A stretch of 64,000 nt of DNA from Candidatus Moanibacter sp. (GTDB lineage Bacteria; Verrucomicrobiota; Verrucomicrobiia; Opitutales; UBA2987): assembly GCA_965215885.1 (NCBI GenBank), contig CBDCEW010000105.1, positions 192,001-256,000 on the forward strand. Direction: 5' to 3'. Position 1 is the stretch's first letter, and each line of letters starts with the position of its first letter. The notes below the pieces were generated by a model that saw nothing but the letters and a program-made list of their open reading frames with translations, was not told the origin of the DNA and ran no database searches. The position numbers and the translations under genes are program-made. Positions 22,701 to 30,410 of the stretch are shown piece after piece.

Positions 22701-22821
22701 CCGTTATGCCACTTCTACCCTCAATCAGTAATTTCCAGAATGACTCCGGATCATATACTCCTCCCGGAAACCGACAGCCTATTCCAACTATTGCGAGAGT
22801 TTCCCTCCTCTTTCCACTCAT
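10735..22821 (-). CDS. Hybrid type I PKS-NRPS: KS-AT-DH-cMT-ER-KR-ACP-C-A-PCP plus an atypical C-terminal NAD(P)-binding domain
   Basis: KS DTACSS/EAHGTGT/KTNIGHLE; AT GHSVG, YAFH; DH HPLLG..DHRFWDSMIFP..DACFQ; MT LEVGAGTG; ER LIHAGSGGVG; KR ITGGASGFG, LDD, NYCAGN; ACP GLDSL; C HHIVSDA; A YTSGSTGRPKG, YGPTE, TGD, PNRK; PCP GGDSLL; terminal ~390 aa with VAIVGLGSIG. Confidence 0.95.
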   Translation of the reverse strand: MSGKRRETLAIVGIGCRFPGGVYDPESFWKLLIEGRSGITEVPEGRWNVDRYYDPNPQIPGKMITRWGGFVDEIDKFDARFFGISPREALRMDPQQRWLLEVTWEALEDGGLAPDRMSGTNTGVFVGIASNDYANIQMKGPAEVDVHTNSGSTLSIASNRISYLYNFKGPSLSVDTACSSALVAINLACQSIWDGQCESALAGGVNALLTPDSSIGFSKASMLSPDGQCYAFDARANGYVRGEGAGILVIRPLRKAQEEGLPIYALIRAAVVNQDGRTNAMTVPGVKSQSDMLEEAYRQAGITPKRVSYMEAHGTGTPVGDPIELQALGNILCRGRGKGEECVIGSVKTNIGHLESGSGVAGLIKAALVLKHRTIPPNLNFETPNPNIQFDELRLRVPTEAEPLPCDGESAVVAVNSFGFGGTNAHIVLEEAPPQKKKIEPKRKKRSWEGPVLLPVSANTEESLKVYVGAFRDMLENGSQNGRVSLPDLASTAALRKSHHEHRLAVVGVTSKELADKLQAWEREENRVPGLVSDRAAAKEPKSVFVFSGQGPQWWGMGQELLRTEPVFRKAIKQIDKLIYALGGWSLLEEMSRGKVDSNINRTYVAQPAIFAVQVGLAELWRSRGVEPVRVVGHSVGEVAAAYWAGIYSLEDAVKVIFHRSRLQEKTGGAGRMAAVGLTQEKAKEAIRGFENQVAIAAINGPAMVTLAGDTEVIETVIEPLEEQKVFVRWLQIDYAFHTHQMNPIKDELLESLADIEPKPGDVPFISTVAGDKLGGEKLDASYWWKNVREPVRFSDAVYNIIEGGDELFLELGPSPIHSASINECLTQAGKTGTTLGSLRRRQPEQSYMLETLGRLYAMGYPIKWEALQDADSRFVRLPSYPWKHEGFWLESEESKAQRLSPIVHPLLGVRVSSPSPSWEFELDPRAFSYLDDHRFWDSMIFPASGFAEIGFAVARELFPDEHYVVEDIKTTKALFYSDRNVPTLRVLFDEADGSFRIYSSTLSRTDWDLNAHGRLQILTPQERDSVDLAAIRDNLEEKLDHDQYYSDYKDAGYQFGPNFQLLQNIWVKPGETIGEIVASEEVLEGLEEYLFHPAVLDACFQCVKGAQVAPEGRLAKDNFYLPATIKRVRMYGPIEPRLWGHADLYLDDGEVMEANVEVFNDRGERVADILGFRVERVEQSDTKSESDIFRCFYQLEWKERHLRGSGASGSAKFAGTEEILRGLSPSVGEVYKRYDLERYFNEFMPSVEDICVLFIINAFCELGWRPTPGERFRFSDFVGELGIVDQHERLTRSFLVALDKEDVLKTVADEEWEVLKAPKPAEALPLIDELEEKYPNFASDLHLERVCGARLGEILSGKVDPMEVIFPGGSVERFSDFYKEGADFLAYNELIQMAVLRAIEDLPQRRTLRVLEVGAGTGSLTRSVLPILPKDRSEYSFTDIGPLFLNDARKEFSEYDFVEYRLLDVEKDPVEQGIKLHSFDLILATDVLHATSELRKTLGVVQDLLASNGLLIFLEVTSPRLGLDMVFGQLKGWWQYSDTDLRPHSALLPREKWEKLLNESGFENVASFVDGPREEETSQTVFLAKGPELDRKAVEPKKEGEINELYLVIADHKGTGRAVAERLREEKRSCLVAEVGDEFAQLDEWNFEFQPGSHEDIAKLIEAVGELSLTFRGIIHCLSVDHCNSADTDPVSLDEAQKTGVLNTLLLAKALGSAALDPAPRVWMVTRGAQYLNGDETLQSIASTPLSGFLRVANNEYKEFCWTVIDLDPEVEVEEVGGLFEEIILNDEEFELALRSGKRFVHRVLSVPHEDLPLRLHNAVNGDTVTPYRLEIPTPGILDNLSLNETTRRSPEEGEVEIRVAAGGINFRDVMKALGIYPGNSKDLRWLGDDFSGTILRLGKGVEDLKVGDEVAGMAPYCFRTHVTIDRNMIFRKPGHMSFEEAATLPTVYLTAYYALNHLGHLQKGETILIHAGSGGVGQAAIRIAKGIGAEIFTTAGTPEKREFLRDMGVSHVMDSRSLDFADEVMKITEGGGVDVVLNSLAGDWIRKSISVLAPYGRFLEIGKVDIYQNTMIGLEPFKNNISYFAIDLAQHVEERPHYIASLLMELSAEFAENRLPPLPLKSFPVTEAGKAFRYMAQAKHIGKNVLSFQLDTIPVGPPSDSKRLFKKDASYLITGGASGFGLEVAKWMARMGAGTLVLGSRSGAKTEGEKRDIEEMIAGGVAVIDARGDFTKEEDVSRIVEKIKSSLPPLKGVIHGAMVLDDDFIKDLDRERFNRVLRPKMLGAWNLHLETKDMPLDHFVCLSSISSMIGATRQSNYCAGNLFLDALAHYRRSLGLPALTLNWGAILGAGFVERDEMTAQYLDKVGMKTFQVEEALEIFAEILGRDPVQLGAARIDWNLLFKINPTTAKSPTFSLVAQKEAADSASAKAGSIRPMIIGAPPEERLKLLEDFICEEVAQVFGTSSTKVERETPLTQIGLDSLMAIELMNRLESSLGINLQMGQFLQGPNISQLAVSVLEMLLQSGEGDLGEIAEDGAVGSALMISDPAIKEFPLSRGQRALWFLNRLAPESSAYNLVFSSSISPYVDIPVMKKAFAALFRRHPMLDVTIKAENGQLIQVTHDGRSIDFREHDATELSRDEIKELLIEHTNRPFDLERGPVVRLELFRTADNAHVALLCMHHIVSDAWSIVLIMNDLIESYFSIKAGFEPDFAPLKCRYADYVKWQQDLLDGPESEGMLKYWVNQMSDAQFVLDLPTDHPRPPIQSFNGATHGFKLNENLTERVEGLASERNVTLYTLLLSAFQVLLHRYCNQDDLLIGSPFYGRRRKEFHDLVGYFINPVALRSKVDDDPVFTDYLDRVSDTRIGAFENQEYPLSMLVDHLQVRRDSSRSPIFQVTFSMERIPGVDDQGIAVFLIGQGGHNFKVRDISVESIDLNLRQAQFEISLVVEEADGNIYGCWQYNRDLFEPETIGRLNMLYEQVLEDLVVHPGKRISEISFLSQEEERKILEEWNATASDCPEETCVHQLVSEHAARTPEAVAVTCAGKSLTYLELNRRANAVAEKLRTAGIGLDMPVGILVDRSLDMLIGILGILKSGGCFVPLDPAFPSFRLEQMLDDAKPGVVLTQNQLLRNLPKGNWTTVLIESCGESAVAPVVSGQTSESLAYIIYTSGSTGRPKGVEIPHRAVVNFLTSMRELPGLSADDTLLAVTTLSFDISILELLLPLISEARVVIATRQEASDGRRLSVLLDEYAVTTMQATPATWQMLLDSGWEGKHDLRVFCGGETLSRELAEALLPSTRAVWNLYGPTETTIWSTVDRVTTGGGTVSIGRPIANTTVYILDDNHKALPPGFVGNFYIGGDGLARGYHNQPEMTAEKFLQITLPNGRSERLYETGDMARFRPDGKIDFLGRNDSQIKLRGYRIELEDIEEHLKSHPYVKQAIVIKRSDLPSEGLAAYIIPEDEYDGIVGVLRSYMMERMPEYMRPGTYVLLDEYPMTPNRKVDRLKLPAPTLQRSDIQAEYLSPRTPSEKILVDILNIVFKSDRIGIRDNFFDLGGDSLLAVQILTEVSQAFNRRLPVDVFLQNPTVENLARYLDTVPCLQESQADGMLESGQAANGFVNEELDSSYLTVEIIDNVSGNQEDLPRADAVALAYIPDAFLALTGLSKEDIVHNWLRGQPFLSNLYETSFGRIGLIMLPRLGAELYKDQDALVEHVVGAMEVAAKMGAAQVSLTGLIPSATDYGRKIVEWIDKRDDMPEITTGHATTTATIIKSIEGLLSQTERDFSKESVAIVGLGSIGYASLRLMLEVLPHPRELILCDLYQKAEALDEIRRKLAEEVNFRGDVRLETSRGKLPDAVYEATFILGATNVPGILDVNRLQPGSLIVDDSFPPCFRVFDAIKRLETQHDILFTTGGLLRLNEEISETIFLPNGTASLLEELGGDHLLTLAGRDSREITGCILSSLLTGKSSGIRPTLGPVKVRDSLAHYRLLQSLEFEAARPQCENYFISPETVARFKEAESSDAAHASTV

Positions 22822-23436
22822 CGGACACTCCTCCCGTTAAACTGGGCACTGGCCTCACTCGTTCGAAAAGCGCAAAGAGAAGATCTTTTCATTCTCAAAC
22901 TTACCAGTTCTCCCACTAAAGAATTCACTTAATGGATAAGGTAGCCTTCATTGTCTAGACAAAAGATGGCGATGGAAAACAGGCTTAAAGAAGAATTATA
23001 GGTTTTCTCAAGTCCTTCTCCAATGGGTAGTAATCGGTCAGCACGCAAGGGTACCAAAAAGGAACCTCCCGGAGGGTGACAGCCAAAATTATCTTCCAAA
23101 AGCTTTGAGAATTTCTTCGAGGGAATCTCACATCGCACTCCCGGCTTCGCCCACCGACAACATCCCGGGCATGCCCCTCGTCTATTCAATATTAAGCCGA
23201 AGAATAAATTTGCTAACCCCTTTGTCAATCAATTCATTCCGGTCTCTCACGAACGCCGCGGAAGTACCACGAGACCCACTCTGTCGCCGATCTTTAGTAC
23301 TCGAATTCGCAATTGACCGCCCGCCAATAATGCCAATACGAAGTAAATCACGTAATTCCGCTTCTAGTCTTCCAACCGGTCCTTTGCCCTACTGCCTGCC
23401 AATGGGAGACTGCCGTCAGCAAGGTCATTTGCTAAT

Positions 23437-26400
23437 ATGAAATTAACAGAAATCGCCATCAAGGAAAACAGGCTTACTTACGCTCTGATTCTGTTTGTCG
23501 TAATCGGCGGCCTTATCGCATTCTTCAACCTTCCCCGTTTCGAAGATCCAAAGATTCCCTTTCGCTACGCCTTCATTACTACACTGTATCCGGGTGCTTC
23601 GGTGGAAAGGATGGAGACCCTCGTCACGGAGAGAATCGAAGAGATCCTGAGCGAAATCCCCGAGATCGAATTCATAAACGGCGAATCACGAAAAAACGCT
23701 TCCGGTATTGTCGTGAAGATTCAGGACCGTTACACGCAAGTAAAACCTGTCTGGGATCGCATTCGCCGAAAACTCGATCGTCTCAAGAACACGCTGCCCG
23801 AAGGAGTGCAGGGCCCATTCTTCAATGATGAATATGGAGAGGTATTCGGCACGATGATTGCCGTCACCGGAAAAGATCTGACCTTCCCTGAGATCAGGCG
23901 AGTTACCCTGGCGCTTCGTAAGAAGCTTCTTCGGCTTGAGGAAGTCTCCAAAGTCATCACCCTGGGAGATCAAGAAGAGCAAATCGTCGTCCAGTACGAC
24001 GATGCCGAGATGGCCGAAATCGGCCTCTCTCCTCTCCACCTCAAATCGTTTCTCGAGGCACAAAACGTTATTGCTCCGGGCGGAAGCATCCGACAGGGAG
24101 ACACGCGCGTCGCCGTGGAATCTCGAAACGACCTGAATTCGGTCGAGGCCGTTGAGGATCTCCAGGTTTCCCTTCCCGAAGAAGAGGATATCTTCGCTCT
24201 CGGGGAGCTGCTGGATATTAGTCGCGAGATACGCCACCCCCCACTGAGTATTCTGAGATCATCCGGGGAGCGCGGTATCGGACTCGCCGTTTCTTTGCGC
24301 CAGGGCGGAAATATCGAGAAACTGGGTCGCGACGTCCGCAGGGTTGTTGACCACTACATGGCTGAAGTGTCCAGCGACGTTGAGTTTCAATTTGTCGCCT
24401 TTGAACCGGAGCGTGTCACCTACCGAGTCAACCAGTTTTTTATAGATCTCCTGCAGAGCCTCGTCATTGTAATGGTTATATTGATGTTGGCGCTCGGCCT
24501 GAGAACCGGGTCAATCGTTGCCAGCATGATGCCACTCGTCATCCTCGCCACTCTCGCTGTCATGCTTGGCCTCAAACTCAATATCAATCTCGTCGCTCTG
24601 GCTGCTTTCATCGTTGTTCTCGGTATCATGGTCGACAACCATATTGTGATATCTGAACGCATTCTGACCTTGCGTGAGAAAGGTGAATCTTCCCACCGTG
24701 CCGCCATCGCGGCAACAAGCCAGCTCTACGCACCTCTCCTCACCGCCACCGCCACTACGATTTCGGGGTTCTTGCCAATTTACCTCGCCCAGTCTTCCAG
24801 CGGTGAATACGTCACTCCACTTTTCGAGGTAGTCACTATCGCCCTTATCTGCTCCACCTTCTTCGCTTTCACGGTTACTCCTCTTCTCTCCCTCCGCCTC
24901 TTCAAGATCGCTCCCCAGTCCGCAGCTTCAACCTTCTGGAAGCTGCTCTATCGTTTCTATCGCAATATTCTCCTCGCCCTCATGCCGCGGCCGCTCCTCG
25001 CGCTCTCCGTTCTCTTTCTCCTGTTCCTGCTTTCCCTCTATACCTTCCGTTTTGTCCCCACCATCTTCTTCCCTCCCTCGGACCGGCCTGTTTTTACACT
25101 CGAACTGGAATTTCCCTCCGGCACTGTCATCGAGAAAACGGAAGAAGCTGCCTCCAAGATCGAATCCTATGTCATGGAGAACCTCGTTTCGGATTCTCCA
25201 TCAGAGTCCCGTATTCTAAACTGGGTCGCATTTGTTGGACGAAACGCGCCTCGCTTTGTCCTGAACCACCGCACCCGCGAATACAGTCCGGAGTATACCT
25301 ATTTTCTCTTTAATATCACCTCCCCAAAATTGATTCCCTTCTTCCGCGGGAAGCTGGAAGAATTCTGCCACGCCACTTTCCCTCAGGCAACGGTTCGTAT
25401 CCAACCCATCGAAGCCGGTCCAGCCGTTGGTTTTCCCATTATAGTCCATGCCGCCGGCGATGATATCGATGGGATTTTTCGAATAGCCGATGAAGTTGCC
25501 AACTACATGAGCGGGATTCCCGGACTCTACAACATCAGCAACAATTGGGGACGGTCCGTTAAAAAGCTTCACGTCGTAATCGATGAAGATAAAGCCGCCC
25601 TCGCCGCGGTTACTCGTGGCGAAATCGCTCTAACTCTCCAGACTTTCCTTACCGGTATCCCTGCAACCGATTTACGAATCGGAAGTAACGTAATTCCCGT
25701 CTTCGTAAAAAGCACCGTCAATGGGATGAATGATGTAGAAGAGATTAAATCGCTTCACGTCTTCTCGCGCCTCAAGGAGACGACTGTTCCCCTCGGTGAG
25801 ATCGCTGAAGTTGTGAAAGTCTTCGAGTCGGCCAACATTATTAGGAGGGACTTTCAGCGTACTGTCACGGTAGGGGCCGATGTCAGGGAAGGAACTAACT
25901 ATAAAAAGGTCGACGACCAGATCGAAGCCTTCCTCTCCCGCAATCGTTCCCGCTGGGGAAACGATTACCACGTGCGATTAGGGGGACAGGGATCGGAATC
26001 CGCCAAAGCCAATAAATCGATCCTTGTTAACCTCCCTTGGGCAATTTTCATCATATTGCTCCTCCTTATCAGGCAGACACGCTCCATTCGTAGAACCTTC
26101 ATTATCATGTGCGCCGTACCCATGGGCGTCATCGGGGTGGTTTTTGGCCTCCTCGCCACCAGGCAACCATTTGGATTTACCACCCTCATCGGTATAGTAT
26201 CGCTCACCGGTATTGTCGTTAACAACGCCATCATCCTCATTGATCGCATTCGCCTCAATGAAAATGCCGCCCAGTTTACTCGTCAGGAATGCATAATCGA
26301 AGCGGCTCTCAATCGCCTTCGTCCCATCCTTCTTACCACCCTTACCACTGTTGGAGGAGTTTTTCCCCTCTACCTGAGAGCGAATCCAACCTGGCAGGGC

Positions 26401-26547
26401 ATGGCCGTGGCCATTATTTTCGGTCTCTCTTTCGCCACTCTTCTCGTCCTCTGAATCCCGCTCCTCCACAGCCGGAGGGGCTGGTTTATGGTGCCCCTCT
26501 TATACGCCCTCCTCTTTCGCGTGCCCTTCAAGGCTTACAAGCCATAA
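23437..26547 (+). CDS. RND efflux permease (AcrB/AcrD/AcrF family); ORF stops at 26454, final helix continues in frame to 26547
   Basis: LPRFEDP, YPGAS, GIMVDN, GIVVNNAIILID, RLRPILLTTLTT, GLSFATLLVL. The expected tail FMVPLLYALLF follows in frame after a 33-nt insert that begins with TGA. Confidence 0.88.
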
Positions 26548-26582
26548 CCGTCTGCTCTCCAGCGCAGCGGCACTCACTTCGC

Positions 26583-27487
26583 CGAGTCAATCAAAAGCAT
26601 TGGGTATGATAATCGATTAATCCGATCGCACCCCCGCTCTTCGCAGAAGAGCCTGAGGAATCTGTCGCGCAAAAAAACCTACCGCATCTCTTACGCGATA
26701 ACCTCTCTACAGAACATTCCGAAACATCAGAAATGTAAATTCGGTGTAGCCGCGGCCGCCAAGGACGCGGTGGACCGGGCCGTTCCGAGGATGAAAGTAG
26801 TACCGAAAATACATCCTGAACACGGAGGACCCAGTGCTCGGTCAAAACGCTACTGAATCGGTGCTATTAGCTCAAGAGCTTTGTTTACGCAAAGGCGAGT
26901 ATGGAAATGGTGAAATCGGTGGAGGCGATTGTGGTGCAGATTGAGCCGCGCAAGAATAGTCGGGTGGGCTGTTCGGGGTGTGGCCGGACGGCCAGCGGCT
27001 ACGACCGCTGAGCGAGGCGAGGCATTTTGATTTGTGCCCTTGTGGGGGATGAAGGTGTATTTTCGTTACCGCATGCGGCGGGTCAATTGCCGGCGGTGCG
27101 GGGTGAAGGTCGAAGAGGTGCCCTGGGCCGCAAGAGTCATCTGAGTTGGCCAATCAATGGTTTCTTGGGCGAGGCGCTTGCCCAAGGGTTTTTCGCACGA
27201 ACTGGCGCAACGTCTTCGAGTCGGTCGAGGCGATGGTGCGTTGGGGGCTCAACGGCGCGATATGAGCGGGATTGAGGCGATCGGAGTCGATGAGGTGCAG
27301 TATCATCGAGGCCATCACTATCTCACCTCTACCAGCTTGACGATCGAGTCAATCAAAAGCAGACCCCCGCTCTTCGCGCCTGAGGAACTGTCGCGCAAAA
27401 AAATCGCATCTCGCGATAACCTCTCTTACAGAACATTCATCAGAAATGTAAATTCGGTGTAGCCGCGGCCGCCAAGGACGCGGTGGA
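26583..27487. repeat. Imperfect direct repeat (~26583-26775 and ~27346-27487) flanking the ISL3 remnant
   Basis: Shared blocks GAGTCAATCAAAAGC, CCCCCGCTCTTCGC, CTGTCGCGCAAAAAAA, GCGATAACCTCTCT, ATCAGAAATGTAAATTCGGTGTAGCCGCGGCCGCCAAGGACGCGGTGGA; the second copy carries several short deletions. Confidence 0.85.
26778..27330 (+). pseudogene. Degenerate ISL3-family transposase remnant
   Basis: Fragments across frames: VKTLLNRCY*LKSFVY, EPRKNSRVGCSGCG..GYD, RRVNCRRCGVKVEEVPWA, IEAIGVDEVQYHRGHHYLT (ISL3 zinc finger and first DDE Asp). Confidence 0.82.
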
Positions 27488-27776
27488 TTGGAACAGTGTT
27501 GCGGGCCCCTCGGTCCGCGTCCTTAGCGGCCGCGGCTCTGGCTCTCCTTGGGGCATCTCAGCGGGATCGCGTCTTGCCCCAGCAAATTGATCTCTATCCA
27601 GACGACATCGCGCTCATATTGGTTTTCGTGTCAACTTATGCAAGGACGACACAGTCCGACAGATCCGTAGCCCGCTTTTCTCGCGCGTTCAGGATAAGCG
27701 TATAAGGCTATGGCAAGCCGTTTTGTAAACGTCGACCGACTCGTCGTCGCTGCGCTCTGCCGCTCGGCAGAGCGAT

Positions 27777-27875
27777 TAGGAATATGTCGGTGGTCAATTC
27801 ACTCGCATTGCACCATCGCACCGAGATAGTGGATTATTTCCGCGAATACCAAAAGCTGTGTCCGACAGATTCCTA
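27777..27875. mobile_element. Candidate ~100-bp MITE with 14-bp terminal inverted repeats
   Basis: TAGGAATATGTCGG (27777-27790) and CCGACAGATTCCTA (27862-27875), one mismatch, in TTAG/CTAG context. The same right end occurs at 7043-7056. Confidence 0.45.
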
Positions 27876-30355
27876 GCTGCTCTGCAGGAGCGCATGCCGC
27901 AACTGCTCCGGATTTACCGGTTTCGATAGGAAGTCGTCCATTCCCGCTTCGAAGCATTCCTTTCGATTTTCCAGATCCGCCACTCCGGTCATCGCTATTA
28001 TGCGCGGCTGGACTTCGTCCGGCATATCCTTTCGTATCTCACGAGTTGCCTGTATCCCGCTAAATCCAGGCAACTGCACATCCATCAGTATGATGTCGTA
28101 GGTTTTATCTCCTACTGCCCGCATGATCTCTTTCCCGCCCGCCACGATGTCCACCTCGTAACCAAATCGCTTCAACATTTCCCGCGTCACTTCCTGATTC
28201 TCAATATTATCCTCCGCCAGGAGGATGTGGAAGGGATGTTCATTAGCCAGATTCCCAAATACCGACTCCTCCCCTCCCTCTGCAATTCCGCTTCCCGTCG
28301 AAGTCTTTGTTCGAATCATTAAGTGAAACGTCGAACCGTTATCTTCCTCGCTCTGGGCCCACATGCTCCCGCCCATCGCCTCGGCCGTGCGTTTACTAAT
28401 TGCCAACCCTAAACCGCTCCCGCGGCGCCTCTCTTCAGCGGACATCGATACTTGCGAAAACGGCTCAAAATTTTCCCATAACTGATTCTGGGGGATACCA
28501 CTTCCCGTATCCTTCAAACTGAATAGAATGAGGATACTGACATTATCCTCTGAGCTACTCCCTAACGCCTCCTCCATGGGACGATGCTCTAGCGGTATCT
28601 TGGAGAGATCCGGTCGATTCACTTCCAGAAGAATCTCCCCCTCCTCCGTGAACTTGATAGCGTTGTCGATCAGATTCACCAGTATCTGCTTGAGCCGATT
28701 GCGATCTCCCATTACGTAGCGGCTCACTCGATGGCCGATTTTGTATCTCAACCCAATGCCGTTAGCCTTCGCGCGCGCACGCTCCAGCTCGAAAATCTCA
28801 TCCACACATTTCTTCAGATCAAATTCCACCATCTCTAACTGGAGTTTCCCCGCTTCAACTTTCGAAAAATCGAGGATGTCATTTACGATCGACAGGAGCA
28901 ACTCGTTATTGCGCCGAATTGTAGTAAGGAATTCTCTCTGTTCGCCCTCCAGAGCCGTGTCCTGGAGTATCCTCGTCATCCCCACGATCGCATTCATCGG
29001 CGTGCGAATCTCATGGCTCATATTTGCAAGGAATCGGCTCTTTTCGACGTTTGCCTTCTCCGCCACTTCCTTCGCTTCCTTCAATGCTATTTCATCCCGC
29101 TTCCGATCCGATACATCCTGAATCGTGCCCATAAATCGCAATGGACTTCCGGAGGCACTCCGCTCCGTTACACGACCTCGTGCGCCTACCCAAATAAAAG
29201 ATCCATCCTCTCTCATGGCACGAAACTCCGCTTCAAAGTCACTCATTTCCTGCTTGACGTGCTTCTCCAACAACCTCCGCACCTTTTCCCGATCGTCGGG
29301 ATGAATCAGGTTCTCCCAAAAGTCGTAGTTCTCTTCTGTTCTCCCTGTCTGCGCGCCCATTATCTTTCCCCAATTGCGGTCGAGAAAGATCTCCCCCTTA
29401 GTCATGTTCCAATCCCAGAGACCGAGGCGCGCCCCATCGAGGGAGGAACGCAGGCGTGCCTGTGCCCGCTCCCGTTCCGCATTTGCCGCCCCCAGAATCA
29501 GCGCCGTTATCGAAACGATTCCCATGAAGGACCAGAGCAAGACAAGCTGCTGATGCAGACTTCCCATCACAAAAGGTCCCACTTCATAGATGGTCCCGAC
29601 TGCTGCGATGCCCGCAACCGTCAGATTAGCCAGGGCCGCGCCCGCCGGACCGAATCGGAACGCCGCCCAGACAATAAAGGGAAACGGTATATAGGCCAGG
29701 GGATAACTGTATATTCCGGAAGCCGCCACATTGATAAAAACAACCATTACGCTTACCACCAGGGTAAGGAAGAGGCAGATCCATTCGATAAACCGCGCTG
29801 TGCTCCAACCGGCGAAATAGCCTCTTCGAAGCGAAAGGAAAATGGCAGAAAAATGAGAATTCCCATGGCATTGCCCAGCCACCATACCCAGAAGGCGTTC
29901 AGGAACAAACTCCAGGAAGGACGCAGGTGCGAAATCACTCCCACCGCGCCGCCCAATGCGCTGATCAATGAAGCGGTCATTGTCGCCAGTACCACCAGTG
30001 CAATTACATCCCGGATTCGTTCAAGACGGGTATCAAATCCCGCTTTTTTCAGCAGCCAGTATCCCGCCAGCGCCTGTAATATGTTGCAGATCGTTATCGT
30101 AAGGGAATAGACAAAATTGTTCGCCACGAGCAGAGTCGTTACAAAGGCGCCCAATCCCACAAACGGCCACAGCGAAGGTCCATATATCAGGAGCGCCGCC
30201 AGCGATAAGTCCGTCGGAGGCCATAACAAGCTCACTATCCCCTCGATGGAAGCGAGTTTGAGACCGACATGGCCAAGAAACACATAGAGTCCAAAGAAGA
30301 CACTTCCCGTCAGAAAATATCGACCCGTCAGATACTTCGCGACTCTCACTCTCAT
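27873..30355 (-). CDS. Hybrid sensor histidine kinase MASE1-PAS-HisKA-HATPase-REC, split by one frameshift near 29840
   Basis: MASE1 (LWPP, WWLGNAMG, WAAFRFG), PAS (LWDWN, IHPDDR), FLANMSHEIRTPMN, NLIDNAIKFT, GSGLGLAI, LLAEDN..LMDVQLP..SKPV. Adding one base to the A4 run at 29839-29842 joins ORFs 29753-30355 and 27873-29885. Confidence 0.88.
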
Positions 30356-30410
30356 ATTTCTTCCGAAACCTGCTCGGCGGGAGCAGGAGGACTCTCACTC
30401 CTGATTGCGC

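Noticed and set aside
22822..23436. Riboswitch, ncRNA or small genes in the PKS/RND divergent region
   Set aside because: No motif I can recognise; the short ORFs lack coding features. An Rfam scan would be needed.
26452..26484. Selenocysteine codon with SECIS
   Set aside because: The position is within a TM helix with no conserved Cys, and the 11 codons are extra relative to the RND consensus, so an insertion explains it better.
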